In this document: positions 12,291 to 26,100 of the stretch, piece after piece
How positions within the stretch are numbered: position 1 is the first letter of the stretch
Layout: every line of letters starts with the position of its first letter
Source: Octopus sinensis
Taxonomy: Eukaryota
Length of the DNA: 64,000 nucleotides
Direction: 5' to 3'
Assembly: GCF_006345805.1 (NCBI RefSeq)
Contig: NC_043009.1
Span: forward strand, 14,384,001-14,448,000
Program-made: the position numbers and the translations under genes
Notes under the pieces: generated by a model
Told to the model about the DNA's origin: nothing
Seen by the model: the letters and a program-made list of their open reading frames with translations, nothing else
Database searches by the model: none

Positions 12291-12910
12291 ATGTGGTATT
12301 TTTCTCTTCTAAGAACATTAGTGTTAAATTATGGAACGCTAACACCAGTCCTTTGAAAAAAAAAAGATGTTTTTAGACTTTCAGTCTTTCAGCAAAATGA
12401 TTCATATTAAGAGCCTTTTTCTTTGAAAACGGTCGTATTTTTATTTAATCAACACCGGAGATATGGAATGCAAAGATGATATCGACATCAATATAGAAAC
12501 TAAAGAATCAGAACATATAACACAAGAGACACTTTAATGATTCTGCTTACTCGTAACACAGACTTGCATCTTGAAGTTAGGGAAAATCGTTTTTAGAATA
12601 TAAACAATAATAATTTTTATGAGTCATAAGATAATATAAGTAAAATCTCACTCTTGAACTGGTTTCAACTCAGATCATTTGATCTTCTCTAGTAATATTG
12701 ACCTTCAATAATAATTCTAAAACTGGTTTCACAAGTCAACAGTTTTAGGGGAAGGGGTTCATCGATTACATCGACCTTAGTTCTTGATTGGTACTTTATT
12801 TCATTGACCCTCAAAAAGAGGTAGTTATTTTAATTAACAAGGAAGGATGAAAAGTAAATCCACCTTGGTGGATGATGATGATAATAATTATCCGCCATGA
12901 TGATGATGAC

Positions 12911-13019
<109 letters not shown>

Positions 13020-13118
13020 TTAATAATAATAATAATGACAACAGCAGCAACCATGAAATTGGCATCTGTTATGTACAGGAATGTGAGAAGTATGTGTCTT
13101 TGTACTTCTGTGTGAGTA

Positions 13119-13156
<38 letters not shown>

Positions 13157-13928
13157 TGTGTATTCACAATAATTGAGGGAAGAAGCTATACCGTATTAGG
13201 GATTAACAGATTAACGACGGAGAAACTGACTGAGCTTCTGTTTCTGAAGACTTCAGTTCTGTGTGTGTGTGTATGTCCGTCGACGCATGTATTGCAAAGG
13301 AATGTGTGTCTGTGGTGCCCAACTGCATCCGTTTGTGCGTTAGCAGTAAATGATTTATGCGTTCTACAGATGAAGAATCCGAATTCTATGTCTCTGCCTG
13401 TATTTTAGTCAGGTGTTCCGATACATCTCTATGTATGCTTGTGTGTTTGTGTTTGGGTGTGTGTGTGTTTACATCTGTGTGTGTGATGCGCGCTTGCGCA
13501 CGTGGGCATGAGTGTGTGTGTGTGTGTGTATGTGTGTGTTTCAATTTATGGTGTAGCGCTGCTTCAGTACGTTTACAGAAATTTGTGTGTGTATTCATGC
13601 GTGTATGAATATCTGTATAAGCGTACGCTGTTTGCTCTTGAGTGTTTATGCATATCCACGTATGCATGTGTACACGTGCATCCACGCATACACATATATG
13701 CATGTATATGGATGATTGTACACACATACACACGCGCAGACACACGTATGTATATATATATATATGTATGTATATATATATATATGTATGTATATATATA
13801 TATGTATGTATATATATATTATATATATATATATAATATATAATATATATATATATACATGCATATATAAATACACCACACGCTCACAAACAAACACACA
13901 CACACACATATACACACACACACGCACG

Positions 13929-13959
<31 letters not shown>

Positions 13960-14620
13960 GAATGTGTTTCTGCACATACATATCTGTGCGTGTTTATGCA
14001 CGAATATATATGCACACATATATGTGAGTATGTCTGCGAGTGTATGCGCGTATGTACGCCTGTTTCTGTATATGTTTGTGCGAGTGTAATTAGCTACGCT
14101 TTTGTTTCTGTTTGTTTGTTTGTTTGTTTGTTTGTGTGTATGCCTGTATGCGTGTGCATATGCTCTACATCTGGCATGAGAAAGCGAAAGGGGAAAAAAA
14201 TGAAATAGCGGGAAAAGAAACAGAGACATGTGCGCGTGGATGCGTATGTACATGCGCGTGCGTGTAAGTGTGAGTGTGTGTGTGTCTCTGTGTGTGTGTG
14301 TGTGTGTGTCTGTGTATGTCTGTGTTTGTGTGTCTCTGTCAGAAAGTGTCTATGAGTATGTGTGAGCAGTTTACCTCATTCTAGGAGGAGGCTTCACTGT
14401 ATGTCTCCACGTATGTGTAGGTATGCGTGTGAATGTAAATATGCAATTCTATATATTTAAACATGTGCGTAGCTGCGTGCATACAGGACAGTTTGTATAA
14501 CATGTAATGGTACAATCACGTACTAAATGCACGTGTAGTATAATGCGTGCGTATACTCAACTTTACACAGACATACATACACGCATATATATGTAAGTGC
14601 ATGTTACCAGTGCATGTTAC

Positions 14621-14698
<78 letters not shown>

Positions 14699-15287
14699 GC
14701 CTAATCTGTCTATTATTGTTGTATGTATATGTACATATACCTATGTGCACATATATATAATCACACATGCATGTATTTAAATGTGACGAGCCTGAGAGTG
14801 TATGTATGTAGGTATGTGTAAATATGCATGTATATATGCACGTATACACACACAGACATACAAAGACACACAAAAACACACATATCTATATACATACGCA
14901 CTCACACAAATACTTATATGTATATATACATTCATACTCACAATCATACACATAGACACACTCGTACACACATATACACGTATATATTTGTGCGGATGTG
15001 TATTCGATTATGTATTTATGTAACTATATGTGTATATATCTATATTTATATAAGCATGTGTGTGCATGTGCAAGTGTGCGTATAATTGCTTAAATGTACA
15101 TCTGTAGATATTTCTAAAAGACGGTGGTGGGTGGAGAAAATTGTGTGTAGAATACAGGAAATACACTTTACGTGAGAAGAATCAGGATACCAAAGATAGG
15201 TGAGAAGGAAGAACAAGACAAAATGCAAGAGGGGCGGAGGAGAAAGAGAAAGAATAATAGAGATGCATATATATAATATATATATAT

Positions 15288-15326
<39 letters not shown>

Positions 15327-15356
15327 ATGTATGTATATATATACATACATGCATAC

Positions 15357-15403
<47 letters not shown>

Positions 15404-15466
15404 CATATATATATATATGTATATATATATATTATATATATATATGTATGTATGTATGTATGTTTG

Positions 15467-15497
<31 letters not shown>

Positions 15498-16395
15498 ATA
15501 TGTATATATACATATGTATGTATGTATGTGTATATATATATATACATACATACATACATACATACATAAGCATTCAAACGTACATACACACATAGACATA
15601 CAAACGTAAGTACTCAAGCCTGTATGATGAGAAAGGGTGCGTTATATAAAATGGGTGGAAGAAACAGGATGAAAGTGAAAGAAATATCGAGCTACAAGAG
15701 AGAAAGGAGTGGAACAGACAGGAAAAGAACGGAGAGAGAGAGAGAGAGAGAGAAGAGGGGAGGAAGAAAGAGACAGTGACTGGGAGAGAGAGACAGAGAG
15801 ATTGAAAGTGGGCGAGAGAGTGAGTGACAGATCAACAGCTCGTTTGATTGATATATAAATAGGAGGGAGCGGAAGGTATTAAAGACGATGATACGATGCG
15901 AAATTTCGGTTCCAGAGAAGAGAATGGTTTGAAAGAAATCCATAGAATACATGGCAAAGAAGGTGGTAGGAGGAGAATGCATAAGAGAAGAAACGAAACC
16001 ACACACGCGTGCAGACACACATACATACATACACTCACACACACACATACATACACACTCAAAATTGAGTGAAAGGAGAAGGATTAAGAATGGTGAGGCA
16101 GCAGTAAAAAAAAAAAAAATACGGAGAAGTACTGAAAAGAATTGAAATATAAATGAAGAAATGATGAGAATAAAAAGTAGAGAAGAATAAATAAGAAAAA
16201 AGAAAACAGGAGAAAAAGGTGATTGAAAGAAATGAATGAAGATTTGAAAAATAATGAAAAGATAAAGGAAGAGATTGAGCTGTTGGCGTGGGGGGGAGAA
16301 GAGTAGGGAGAGAAGAGGAGAGTGATAAAAAGGATATTGTAATGAATTGAGAATGAATGAGCTGAGTGGCAAAGAATGAACGGGGAGGAACGAAC

Positions 16396-16525
<130 letters not shown>

Positions 16526-17069
16526 CACACAATCGTTAGGAACTAAAGCAATAAGCAACAAAGATTTAAACCAGAAAATGCAAGTGAAGGAGAAAGAAGG
16601 ATATGTGAGGAAGAGAGAGAAAGAGGCAAGAAAAGAAGAGTCGGATCAGAAGAATGGAAGTGTAAATTAATTCAAGCTGACGTTGGAATTACCACTACCA
16701 TCACTACTACCATTCATCACCAACGCCAGCTCCATCCACTAGAATTAAGTATTTAAGTATCGCGAAACATTTAAAAGAAAAAACAGAGCCACCACACCAT
16801 GTACACACACACGTGCGCGCGCAGTCACTGTACGCTTGCACACATCGTAGCCGAGAATTTTTGTCTGTACGGCACACTTTGTATACGCCATTCAACGAGG
16901 GGATTATGTGACGTTCATGCTGTTCACGTGTTTGTTATGATACAGAGTTGATAGTTGTTGTTTAGTTTTGTAAACCTATTTGGTTGCTGGATCAGAAGTC
17001 AAGGCGTGAACTTGTACGCGGTTATTCCATCCGATAAAAGTATTTTCGACATCTTCAAACTCATCTTAC

Positions 17070-17153
17070 CTTTTCAGAAAGGTTGATACACATGGATAAT
17101 ATTACTGTTGGGCAAGTTTCATAGTAAAGTAACGGGTTGTCATGACGAGAAAC
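17070..17153 (-). CDS. Candidate internal exon (VSRHDNPLLYYETCPTVILSMCINLSEK)
   Basis: Strong donor AAG|GTAAGA; 84 nt, phase 0-0, open frame. The acceptor (ATGATCAAAG|) is weak. Confidence 0.2.
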
Positions 17154-18708
17154 CTTTGATCATAGGTTTGCTCTTTCGAAGCTGACATGGAACAAACTGC
17201 AGCAGCAAGAACAGCAGCAACAAAAATAACATGCAAAGCTGGTCTTGAATTTGTTATTGAAAGGAAAAATATTCTAGAATAGTTTTCATTTGAATTGTCT
17301 TCCAACTTGGCGTATATTTAACTTACTTGGATCACAGGTCTGTTCACTCAAGGCTTATATGGCTGTAAAGAACAACATTAATTTCAACAACACCCATAGC
17401 AATGACGTTACGTGCTGGTCTTGCTAACCGAGCTAAACGCTGTAATTGCATGGTACTAATTTAAGATTTGCTGTAACACAGCTGTTAAGGAAAAACAAAG
17501 CAGTGAGACTTGCAGTGATTGAAAGAAAGAATATTCCGGAACGATTTTTAAATTTACCTCTTCTAGAGTACAGCTTGTTTTCATCTCAGTCCTTTCAAGT
17601 AACTGGTATCAGGTTAACGCTCCTTAGCTGGCGTTGAGTGTAAAAGTAAAAAGTTCCAGCATATAGGGCATGTGTAAGATATACTAGACACTGCTGTTGA
17701 AAGTCGCCTTCGATGCGAACAAACTATAGGGTCTATAATCACAATAAAACTGATAATTGTGAAATGGCGACTTTGAGGGTTTGGTTTTGATCGTTAAAAT
17801 ATAGGATGGAAGCTACAGGTGAGAGGAAGTTTACTTTTTGCTGTCCAGAAGTTAACCTCGCATCAAAGTCGTTTTTGGTGCGACCCAGCAACGTCGTACT
17901 TGGCCAGTATCTTTTACTAGAGTTTCAGGTGGGCCAAACCCGTCTAAGTAATATTTGGTAAGCCGAGACTAAAATCCCATACGAGAGACCGCCGCTTCTG
18001 TTCTTGGGTACTTAACTAGACCTCTCGTTCAGTTTAACACCACTACCTACTTTTAGGAGGACTGGATTATTTAAAAGTAGTCTTTTTTAGATTGAAGAAG
18101 ATTTTTCATTTCACTAGTTTTGGAAGTCCTGAAAAGGGTTTGAATTCTGCCTTTTACTCTCCGAGAAAGTCATTCATATTGGTTGGCAGGTAGTCAAACA
18201 GATAAAGTTCAGAAATAAAATCTTCAACAGTTTGGTTTCAGTAGAGCAGCGACAGGGTATCTTCAACTATATTTATTAATATCTAATATCATACTTAAAT
18301 AAGAACTTATTATTATCAATGCTAACCCCTTCGTGAACTTTACCACCATCAACGATGACCACCACCAGCACCAGCACCACCACCACCACCACTACCAGTA
18401 ACAATCCCTAACGACGATGACAACCAACAACACTAATTCTCTATCACCACCACCACTACATCATCTACGTCCGTACCATCGTCACTACAACCACCACCAC
18501 CACCAGTAACAAAATGCACCAAACTATCCCCACCATCGTCATCATAAAACAGATTTCACTTGTTGCTACTGCTGATGGTGATGATGAAGATGATGCTGAT
18601 GTTTCTGGTATATGTGCCTAATTTCTAAGATTGGTTAATCACTTAAAAGTCGTTACTGTTAAGTGATTAGCCAATCAGAGCATATGATGGAATAGATGTG
18701 AGAGACTG

Positions 18709-18749
<41 letters not shown>

Positions 18750-18773
18750 TGTGCCTGTGTATGGGAAGACAGA

Positions 18774-18807
<34 letters not shown>

Positions 18808-19964
18808 AAGAGAAAGGAAGAGAACGGATATTTTGAGAGTCAAAGAATGTTGTTGCTTAGCCGCAGGTAAGCTCTGACCATTCTGCTTGTTTTTTTTTCT
18901 CTTTTCTTTTCATACATTGCATACTTAGGACTACATTATCCAGTGTGTCTTTCTTTTCTCTAAGATGGTAGGATGTGATCTGAGATAGATTTCCGAGCAG
19001 CCATGTAGAAGTTCCATTGTAGGCCCTGTGGCGATATGATAATGCGTCTGACTCAAGTTTAAATATTGTAAAATTAGAATGAGATATAGAGAGAATCAAA
19101 CTGATAAAGGAGAAGAGAGAGAGAGAGAGAGTGAGAGGGGGAGGAGGAGTGAAAGGGAGTGAGAGAGATGTGGTAGGACAGACAAGTAAAGTGTATTTGT
19201 AGAAAGAGACAAAGATATGAGGAAGAATGCTCAGATATTGTAGTCATTGTGGTGAATGGGAATATATAACTGAATGTGATTCACGTAATGGCGGCTCCAT
19301 AAAAATGTCAGCCATTTTACTCTTATATCAGTATTGAAATGTATAGTAGTCTCAATGTGAGCATTGCGTTTGTCATGTGAACGGCAAGAGGATCAACAGC
19401 AAGGAGAATAAAAAATTTAAGTTGGAGGAGAAGGAGGAGGAGGAGGAGGAGGAGGTGGAGGAGGAGAAGAAAAAGAAAAGAAGAAAAAGGATGACGTTGA
19501 GAAAAATAACGATGGCAATAACCACGATAAAGAAAGTGAATTGATCACAACAATAGCGAGAGAAGCAGCAACAGTAGTAGCAACAACAAACAAAATATTC
19601 ACTAAAAAAAAAAAGAGAGAAAAAAATCAGTTGTAACCATAGAAACTCCAGCAATGACAACAAAAGTAACGATATCAACAATAATATAATTAGACAAACT
19701 AACAAAATAAATAAAAATAGCAACTTTACGAAGAGAACCAAACCGGCAGTATCAGCAGCAGTAGCAACGGCAGTAGCATTAGCAACAGACACACCATTTA
19801 GAAAAGTCAATACGAGAGTCTGGACCTGCTGGAAGTAACAATCTAATATGTCTCAAATCACGCATCATGACCTAAATATAGAAGGATATATTAGATAATG
19901 TCGACTAAAGTATATTATGTCGTAAAAAAAATGGCGGAACGGAATTGGCTGGAAAATGTTTCAT

Positions 19965-20305
19965 CATTGTCGCGTGGAAGGTGTTTATAAGCCATTTAAG
20001 AAACACATAAAAACTGTTAAATTCACTTCAACATTTAAATTTAATTTGTCAAAATATTTTCGTCGCTTTGAGACCGCGACCAGTTCACTGACAAAACTCC
20101 GTACTGCATTTGTCAGTGAACAGGTCGCGGTCTCAAAGCGACGAAAATATTTTGACAAATTAAATCTAAATGTTGAAGTGAATCTAACGGCTTTTGTGTG
20201 TTTCTTAAATGGCTTATAAACACCTTCCATGCTGCAATTGTTTTCGTTCCAGTACATGATCTCAGACCAAGTCACTCGCTCTGCAAGTACATCTCCGTGA
20301 TTTTT
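19965..20305. mobile_element. Foldback (palindromic) MITE-like element, copy 2
   Basis: 19965-20240 has ~130 bp inverted arms around a ~13 nt loop (ACTCCGTACTGCA) and the same right-hand extension as copy 1. Confidence 0.85.
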
Positions 20306-21637
20306 CATCATTATTCTGCGAAAAATACAATATATATATGTTGCAGTAAAACCTAGCATAAAACAACAAGAGCTGCAGTAGAGATGATGAGGCACACTCA
20401 CGCACACGCACACACAAACACACACACACACACACACACTCACACATTTTATGATTTAGGGAGTGGAGAAAGCATAGTGCCTCGAAATTTGAAATCCTTT
20501 CTTGTCTTTCATGACTGGTGAAATAATGACAGAAAGTTACCTTCTGATCAGAGATATGGCCTGAATGCTTGTATCGGAATGGATTTCGGTAAAATACCCT
20601 CGATGGAATTAAGCGGAACTACCAATCAAAAACAGGAACGATATTTCCAACGAGATTTTGTACGGACAAGTTTACTTGCCAAGTGCCATTCACGAGGAAC
20701 AAAGCACTTGCTTCAGCTGTTTTACAGTGGAATCAATTCCGGAACCACCTTGTTAACTTCTTAACTATATGTGAATATCCACTGCGATAATATGAACACA
20801 ACACAGCTGTTGCAATAAAGCCAGGACGCTAGTTGTCGAGGCTTAGAAGGAAATATTCACCAATCTCTTAAAAATAGCTGCCAACAATATCTCAAATCAC
20901 AACCTATTCCTAGAAAATAAAATTTAATCGAACTGGATAATGTCGTTCAGACGTGAGAATTCTCTGGGGTGAGGAAGGAGAAGAAGCTCGCAACCGGAAT
21001 ACTTTTGATCGTTCATCTGCTCAATTAGCACCGGCTTTAGACTTAATAAGACCACAATTTAGAACAGAGGCACAGAGACTAGAAGTCAACAACAAAAAAA
21101 AACAAACAGATACAATAATCCACCGTTATCAGCAGCAACAATCAATGGACATAATAACAGCAACAAGTACAATAGGCATAACAATGCAGGAATGCCAGCA
21201 GCTACGAGAATAGATTTCACAACACTGCAAACATGGCGTGGAAAATAGAGATAACAACACAGCAATAATAGAAGTAACAAGAAGAAAATATATAATAGTT
21301 CAATAAACGTAAGAATTTGAATACATTTACCAACACAAAATCTGCAGTAACAGCAATAGTAACAAGAACAGATTATAGCAGTTGCAACAAGGACAATAGA
21401 CATAGCACAACAATAGCAACTAGAGCAACAGATATTAACAAGAGTAATAAGGAATAGCAGCACAACTTCAATACAACAACAACAATAATGAAATCCAAAC
21501 TACAATTATGTCAACCACAACGGAGTTAAGAATTAATATATAACAATGCAGTAACAAATACGAAACCATTAACAGTTGCAACGAGAAAACGATGACATTA
21601 CAAGAGTAAGAATAAGATTAAAAGCTTTATAACACAA

Positions 21638-21669
21638 GGGTAGGGTTGGGGTTAGGGTTAGGGTTAGGG
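21638..21669 (+). repeat. Short interstitial telomere-like (TTAGGG)n tract
   Basis: GGG TAGGGT TGGGGT TAGGGT TAGGGT TAGGG; ACACAAGG occurs on both sides. Confidence 0.6.
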
Positions 21670-21848
21670 AACAATACACAAGGCATACCAATGGCAACTA
21701 AAAGAAACAACACTAACAACAAGACCAATAGACACATCACAACAATAGCAACTTGAACAGCAATAAACAGTAGAAAAAGGAAGAGGCATAACAACGCGCT
21801 AACAACAGTATCAAAAGGAAAACACCTGTTACATCAGCATCAAACAGC

Positions 21849-22207
21849 GTGGAGGCGCAATGACCCAATGGTTAAGGCAGCGGACTCGCGGTCGGAGGAT
21901 TGCGGTTTCGATTCCCAGACCGGGCGTTGTGTGTGTTTATTGAGCGAAAACGCCTAAAGCTCCATGATGCTCCGGCAGTGGGTGGTGGCGACCCCTGTTG
22001 TACTCTTTCGCTACAACTTTCTCTCACTCTTTCTTGCTGTTTCTTGTCCCCGACTTCCTACGCAACTGGTGAGCCTGGATGCGTATTCATCCATCCGTCG
22101 GTGCTCTCGATGTCGGGGGTTGACCTGCTTCTTCTTCTGCGGGTCTTACGAATAGCTAAGGACCACGTTTCGGACTTCTCCCACTGGGCGAAGACCGCTA
22201 CGCTCAA
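21849..22207 (+). mobile_element. tRNA-derived SINE family B, tail type 1, with 14-bp TSD
   Basis: Head TGGAGGCGCAATGACCCAATGGTTAAGGCAGCGGACTCGCGG...GGTTTCGATTCCC; TSD CAGCATCAAACAGC at 21835-48 and 22208-21. Confidence 0.9.
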
Positions 22208-22848
22208 CAGCATCAAACAGCAACAACATTAGGTATAACGCAACGTGAATAAGAATCGGAGTTAACAAAATGCAGCGTGAAGAAAAACAGTATGAATATA
22301 AACAATACAGAAGAAAACAACAACAAAACCGTTAATAAAGAGAACAATCGGCAAAATAATGAATCAACAACAATGACAAGATGAACAATAAACGACAATG
22401 GTTTATTTTCTTATTATAATGACAATAGTTACATGAGTATCAACAAAAACAATTACAATTAATATTTTAGTTTAACTTTACTAGTCTTCTTGTCTTACTT
22501 TAATTGTTTTAGAAAACTTTAAATAAGAAACACAATCAAGAAATAACAGTATGGACATTGTAACAGCAGAATACAAAAATAAAATATTTTGAGCGATGGT
22601 TATCAACTATCTTAGTCTATCAAGAACAAAAGATTCAAGAGACCAGTGTAATATATACGAGATAAACACTGTGAGAACCTTATAGTTTAACACGTTACAT
22701 CACAAGAATCTCTGCACGCACTTCGTTCAGACGGCCACAGTCAGTTTTTCGATATGATAACCCTTCAACGTAATACAAAACGAACGAGCTAATTTGAGAG
22801 CCAGTGCGCAGTTGTTGGATCTGTTGAATACCAGCCATATATTCTTAC

Positions 22849-22980
22849 CATTTTAACAAAAGGACAATTTGATTGTGCGATGTGGGTTATAATGTATCCA
22901 AAGAAAGACAAGATGATCATGACTGCAATGCATCTCATAACAGAGGTTTGTTGAACCAGAGCTGAGTGTAACATCAAGAC
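22849..22980 (-). CDS. Candidate exon with hydrophobic signal/TM-like segment (VLMLHSALVQQTSVMRCIAVMIILSFFGYIITHIAQSNCPFVKM)
   Basis: Acceptor GCTGCTTCTGCAG| and strong donor ATG|GTAAGA; 132 nt, open in only one frame. No homology recognised. Confidence 0.3.
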
Positions 22981-23339
22981 CTGCAGAAGCAGCAGCTATA
23001 TTTCTAACGGAAAAGGTAGATTGAAACAGTAGCATTAATGGTACAAAGAACCGAATAGAATTCTACCTTCTTGGACGTCTCAATTTCTAGAAATCAGTGT
23101 GTAAAATGTAATAAAAAAACAAAGCCTAAACTTCTCGGAATTTCTCAAAGCCAAGCACCAATTTTTATCCGTGCTTTTTTTTAACCCTATTATTCAATAA
23201 GTTTTGGATACTCTGAGATGGCTCAAATCAAACATAAAAAGTCAATCCCATTACTTTTGTACAGCCTTGCAGGTTGGGGTTGGTGAAATAAACAAAAAGT
23301 AAAAATATTGAGTGTTACAGAAAATAGTTCAACCAGATC

Positions 23340-25200
23340 GATTGCATTGCTTTAAGAAGTATATATTGCTGATCACATTCTCCCTCAAATTTGATCGCAA
23401 TTTTGTAACAAAGGCTCCTACCAGGAAAAAAGATTTTTATTGCATCACTGGAAGTGCAAAGAATAGTTCTAGGGACACAGAACAGTGATTTCAAATATTT
23501 CCTGTGTCTGACACTGATATTAAGAGACCGAACAGTTTTAGAGGACTGAAGTCTTTCTTCATTGTCTTCAACAGCCTTCTAAATGGTCGCATTTAATCTC
23601 CTCTCAGAGAGTGTACTTCAATTACAATGGGTTCGGATTTGGAAAAGTAAGACTGGAATATTTCTGACTAAATGACGATCATTCATTCATCTGCTTTCTT
23701 TGTGATATTTTGCAGAGTAGTTTTGATATAAAACTTAAAAAGAATGAAGTACTTCCAGTGTACACTAAGAGGATTATTAAACATTTCGTTAATATAATCA
23801 GATTTTTATTTCTCCTCTGTTCGATTCTTTTGTTGACTTTCTCTCATCAATAGATGCATTGGGGTATTTTGTCCGTTCAATTAATCTAGAATAAAAACAA
23901 ATAAGATTTCAGCAGAGATCAATGTTGTATCCCTTCGACTCAGTATTTCATCTCCAATGTTAATTCGCTCCACTGCTGACACAACAGCATGAACAATAGT
24001 AAACTGAGCAACTCAAATGTCAAGAGGTTAATTCATATCGATTATATTAGAACAATATAATTTTTAAGGGGGAATAACCTTTATAACATTGCAAATGAAT
24101 TATTCCAATTTGTCTGAGTTGATTGAATACAACTCATGACCACCTCTTTAACATATTTCTGAAGTATTTTATTCTATGTTGGAGGCCTACAAAATAAATT
24201 GGTAATTGTTCTCACTTTTTCAATGACGTTGCTGATGGTTAAATCTTCACCCGCAGAAGATTCTTTCTGAACGGAAGTTACTTCACTAAGTTCAAATGAT
24301 AACATTATAGCCTATAGTTTTTAATTATTACTCTCGAATATGCTTTTAAACAGTTGCTGTTGTAGCAAGAGTGAGTTCGTTTTATTTTTATTCAGTTGTC
24401 TTGTCAAGATCACAAGCAGCCAAATGATGCCGACATGTGAAATACAATTGTTACCTGCATTTAATATCCATACCAAATTTATCCATGATAGCTTGCTGCA
24501 TCACCTACGACTGCCGCTACACATACCAACAGAGGTCGAATACATGTTTTATATCTAAAAGTTCAAAAATTCAATAAAAATAGAGATCATTCCTAAATTC
24601 CAGAATTTACGTGAATTTACTTTCAAATATTTACGATTATAGTAAGATGCATATCCACCATAAGAAATATTGAATTTTTCAGAGTTCCTCTATTAGATAT
24701 TTCACTAATCGCCTTCTTTTCAAATCATATTGACTTTGAACTATCTGCGTTAAATGAGAACCATTCTTTGGTATAACCAAACCTTTAACTGTAATAGATT
24801 CCAGAATAAAAGCGTTTTTCACTATCGCATTAATGGAAAAATCAAACAATAGCAACTAATTTGGATACAATTTCTTCTAGAGTTTCACTCAGTTTTCTAT
24901 AAAGAAAGTTATTTTCTATTTGTTGATTCTTTCCGAAGGAGATTCGTCTGTTTCTGTTGTACAATTTATGAGAAAATGTCTTTGCTAAGGCTCTTTAAAT
25001 AACATAAAAGACTGCTGGTTGAACCGATCGAGTACATTAGAATGGTCATGCAATTTATAATTAGATTTTAAATAATACGGACAGAATGCACAGGAAATTG
25101 AATGCAATCATGTGAACTCCCGTTTGCATTTGTTGCAAAATTTCCTGGGAATCCTGTGAGTGAAGACTTAATGTAATCACCCTTGTCGTAATAAGTACTT
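23340..25200 (-). mobile_element. Decayed hAT-superfamily transposase (BED zinc finger, DDE core, dimerisation domain)
   Basis: Broken frames in correct order: CNKC and IGSTSSLLCYLKS (BED); TLEEIVSKLVAI..SINAIVKNAFI; RKFWNLGMI; VIEKVRTITNLF..NKILQKYVKE..TNWNNSFAML; LSRRDTTLISAE; GAFVTKLRSNLRENVISNIYFLK. Many stops and frameshifts; TIRs not resolved. Confidence 0.85.
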
Positions 25201-25592
25201 TGAAAAACATAGAACCCACATTAAAGTATTAACACCCTCATGAAAGTAACACTCACATTAAAGTACCAATCACATCAAAATAGTTTGAACGAATGCACAT
25301 TAGACTAACAGTTACTTCAGGGTGTCACCTGCAGAATGAGTCATCTACAAAAGATTAACTCTTGCAATATATATACAAGCCACGGAGTATCATCCACAAG
25401 TGTAATACACACACAGAATAGTACGGCATACATGTAGTGAGTTAACAGTAACTGCAGATTAACAATAGGGGTTCTTCAATAATTAGGCGTTGTTCAATTA
25501 AGGAACTCTCTGTTATACATTGCTACTCACAATGATATTCTGAACAACTAAACAGTATTGGTTGTTGAAGATGACATTCCACGATACAGTAC

Positions 25593-25740
25593 TGTGAAAG
25601 GCGCATGGGCTAGTGGTTAGGATGCTGCACACACAATCACGAGGTCGTAGTTTCGATTCCCAAATCGGCAATACTTTGTGTTTTGCGCAAAACACTGCAT
25701 TTCACGTTGGTCCACTCCACTCAGCTGTAAATAAATAACC
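25593..25740 (+). mobile_element. tRNA-derived CORE-like SINE fragment (family D)
   Basis: GGCGCATGGGCTAGTGGTTAGG (A-box), AGTTTCGATTCCC (B-box), then ACACTGCATTTCACGTTGGTCCACTCCACTCAGCTG. A related decayed copy lies near 42140-42290. Confidence 0.6.
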
Positions 25741-25829
25741 TTGGCGCACGAGGTAAGATGGTGACTCAGGAAAATCATCTGAACGGAGGTCATGTTAGCC
25801 ATGTTTTGCATACAGTGATCGAAAGTGTG

Positions 25830-26100
25830 AACAGTCCACTTCTTATGAATCCCGACTGGTTGAGACTAGATATGCAATCACCTCAAAGGTCTTTTCCATA
25901 AGCGTTTCCATAGTAATTGGTGAACTTTCTGGATTGGTACTCTCTGGTACACCTTCACAGGTGTCATTTTTCTTCCCAGGCACATCGTTTCTCTGCTGAG
26001 TCTTTTTATTCTAATAGCATTTTCCCCCAACTGCTGATCTCTAGAACTCACTACCATTGTCTTGTCTCTCTCTGAGCTATAGTATTTATTCCTTTAAGCT
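25830..26100 (-). mobile_element. Highly decayed LINE 3' fragment (RTE-like)
   Basis: Minus strand resembles the LINE C-terminal W.P.G.R.RG.P..TW region; no clean frame. Confidence 0.3.

Noticed and set aside
17807-17825. ATG GAA GCT ACA G|GTGAGA as a plus-strand first exon, joinable to 45652-45724 (KPGASEFLVMYTMWDAVKEQSSK)
   Set aside because: Only two pieces, no recognisable product, and it overlaps the minus-strand candidate at 45638-45701.
21850-21920. tRNA-like heads here and at 31617, 41192, 51738
   Set aside because: A and B boxes are present, but there is no complete cloverleaf acceptor stem and they continue into SINE bodies, so they are not tRNA genes.
23090-25500. Terminal inverted repeats for the hAT fossil
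   Set aside because: No matching pair with an 8-bp TSD could be found by eye.
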